NCBI GenBank assembly: GCA_965248435.1
Contig: OZ252100.1
Coordinates: 4,448,001 to 4,512,000, forward strand
DNA: 64,000 bases
Origin: Candidatus Latescibacterota bacterium
GTDB taxonomy: Bacteria; Latescibacterota; UBA2968; GCA-2709665
Direction of reading: 5' to 3'
A program made the translations under genes and the position numbers. Under the pieces are notes generated by a model. The model did no database searches. It was not told the DNA's origin and saw nothing but the letters and a program-made list of their open reading frames with translations. Shown here in pieces: positions 62,572 to 64,000 of this stretch (its first letter is position 1; each line of letters opens with the position of its first letter).

Positions 62572-63643
62572 CAGCTTGCTCGTCGTCGTCACGTTTATTC
62601 TTCTGTCTTTCATCCCGTTGTTTCCCCTCGGCCACTATTTTCGGAAGAGGCGGAGGCATCAAAAAAATGCTACACGGAAGTACGGAGTTATTCAGCGACT
62701 CGGGGAAGAAAAGGGATTGAATCAGACGGAGCTGGGGGCGGCTCAGCGCATGGCAAGAGCAGCTAGGATCCCGGCTACTACAAAGCTACTGAGGTCGGTC
62801 CGCGTCTTTGATCGGGGGATGGCGTCCTGGATGTCAAGAGTCCAGCAAATGTCCTGGCTCGAGATCGATAGGGAGGTAGAGGTGCTTAGGGCACTCAGAG
62901 AAAAGCTGGGGTTTCGCTACCTGCCTCCCGAGGAGCCGCCATCCTCGACCCGGGAACTTGAACTGGATCAAAGCCTCTACTTCCTTGCCCGAGGGAACAA
63001 GGGGCTTCGGGTGCTGTCTGCCCCTGTTGTCGACCTGGACGACTTGGCCATTCGGACTGAGGCTTTCAGGGAGGGTGGCCGCCCCGTTCGTTTCCCGAAG
63101 GGACACGAAATGTGGCTCTTCTTCTGGCCAGAATCCGGCGGCGAATGTCGGTTCAAATCGAAAGTCCTGAAAGAGGTGGCACGGCCGATGCCATATCTGG
63201 TGCTCAATCACGGAGACGGGGTGATAATCAATAGGGCCAAGGAATTCTTTACCTGCGATTTGGACGTAGAGTTGATTGCGGAGCGAGTGCCGGCCTCGAA
63301 AGTCGGTGGGGTCCAACCTTCCCAGATCCTTTTCCAGAAAGGACAACATATAGAATCGCTGCCTGTGAGACTCATTCAACTCAGCGGCAGCGGGTTCGTC
63401 GTTTCCAAGGATGCAGGCGTCGGATTAGGGGACATCATCCGGCTTAGCTGTAACGTTGAATCGATGTCGTTTTTGGACGAGTTGGTTGGAATCGCCGAGA
63501 AGGAGGTCGGCTCTGGCGTCAGGTTTCGATTTGTGAAACTGGCGACGGGGGAGAGAGAAGAGATACTTGACTATATCACACCGCGAGTAAAGGCCACGAC
63601 CACTTCAAGAGGTCGTATGGCCCGATTGGCCCCTGACCGCTGA
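62564..63643 (+). CDS. Membrane-anchored YcgR/PilZ-like protein with degenerate c-di-GMP motifs
   Basis: N-terminal TM helix; SSTRELELDQ; YcgR-N-like FKSKVL...LVLNH; PilZ-like QLSGSGF...GVRFRF. Confidence 0.6.
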   Translation: MSDSLLVVVTFILLSFIPLFPLGHYFRKRRRHQKNATRKYGVIQRLGEEKGLNQTELGAAQRMARAARIPATTKLLRSVRVFDRGMASWMSRVQQMSWLEIDREVEVLRALREKLGFRYLPPEEPPSSTRELELDQSLYFLARGNKGLRVLSAPVVDLDDLAIRTEAFREGGRPVRFPKGHEMWLFFWPESGGECRFKSKVLKEVARPMPYLVLNHGDGVIINRAKEFFTCDLDVELIAERVPASKVGGVQPSQILFQKGQHIESLPVRLIQLSGSGFVVSKDAGVGLGDIIRLSCNVESMSFLDELVGIAEKEVGSGVRFRFVKLATGEREEILDYITPRVKATTTSRGRMARLAPDR

Positions 63644-63723
63644 TCGGCTTGGCTACTCTTTGATCCCTCAAAGAAGCCATAGACGAAGAGCTGATTCCAG
63701 AAAACGAGAATCTAGATGAAATG

Positions 63724-63751
63724 AACCGTCCGAAGAGCCGGGCGGTTTTTT
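63724..63751 (+). terminator. Rho-independent terminator
   Basis: AACCGTCCG-AAGAGC-CGGGCGGTT followed by TTTT. Confidence 0.65.
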
Positions 63752-63773
63752 CTATTTGATCGGTTGATCGGTG

Positions 63774-63811
63774 TGGGACGTGCGCCGACTTGGTGAGACA
63801 GTCCTGTCTCA
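63774..63811. promoter_or_regulatory. Candidate enhancer (UAS), second copy
   Basis: Perfect TGAGACA-GTCC-TGTCTCA (63794-63811) with a weak TGGGACG half-site 20 bp upstream. Confidence 0.65.
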
Positions 63812-63905
63812 CTTCATCGGTAAATCGTTGGGTTTTCCGAGAAAGTGTCATACATATATTGTTGTTTATCAATGTGATAGTGAAATTTGACCTGGATCAG
63901 CAAAC

Positions 63906-63921
63906 TGGCATAGACATTGCG
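63906..63921 (+). promoter_or_regulatory. sigma54 (-24/-12) promoter for a gene beyond the window
   Basis: TGGCATA-GACA-TTGCG with exact spacing; AT-rich tract upstream. Confidence 0.75.
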
Positions 63922-64000
63922 TAAAAAAGTAAGTGTGGCTGATTTACGACCAACCAATCAGAAAGTCCTATTAATACAGTTCGAGCGAAAGGGGGTTGGC

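Overview
A 64 kb, gene-dense, GC-rich bacterial chromosome segment. A PorV-like gene, a T9SS-type C-terminal domain, an EF-hand/dockerin-like tail and an archaeal/eukaryotic-type ProRS suggest an FCB-group candidate phylum such as Latescibacterota (inference only). Housekeeping genes include recG, hflKC, coaE, gcvPA/PB, proS, eno, glnE, glnB and an S41 protease. I found no rRNA, tRNA, CRISPR array, integrase or transposase. Points of interest: (1) three well-spaced sigma54 (-24/-12) promoters. Two of them share a tandem TGAGACA-N4-TGTCYCA enhancer-like motif and lie downstream of a FixL-type heme-PAS kinase (frameshifted) plus NtrC-type regulator pair; the first drives a degenerate RsbW-like gene and a degenerate PilZ-like gene. 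(2) A sensor-less sigma54 activator directly upstream of a sigma54-promoter-driven sigma70 factor, next to a divergent ferritin pair and an N-terminally truncated TonB receptor. (3) A six-gene PorV/T9SS-like surface operon containing an apparently catalytically dead M6-like protease. (4) Two HisKA-only signalling proteins with a shared C-terminal tail, one apparently starting at a TTA codon. (5) A GTAG-type REP family that supplies stop codons and in one case sits inside an ORF, plus heptamer repeat tracts. All product calls come from motif recognition by eye; no database searches were run.
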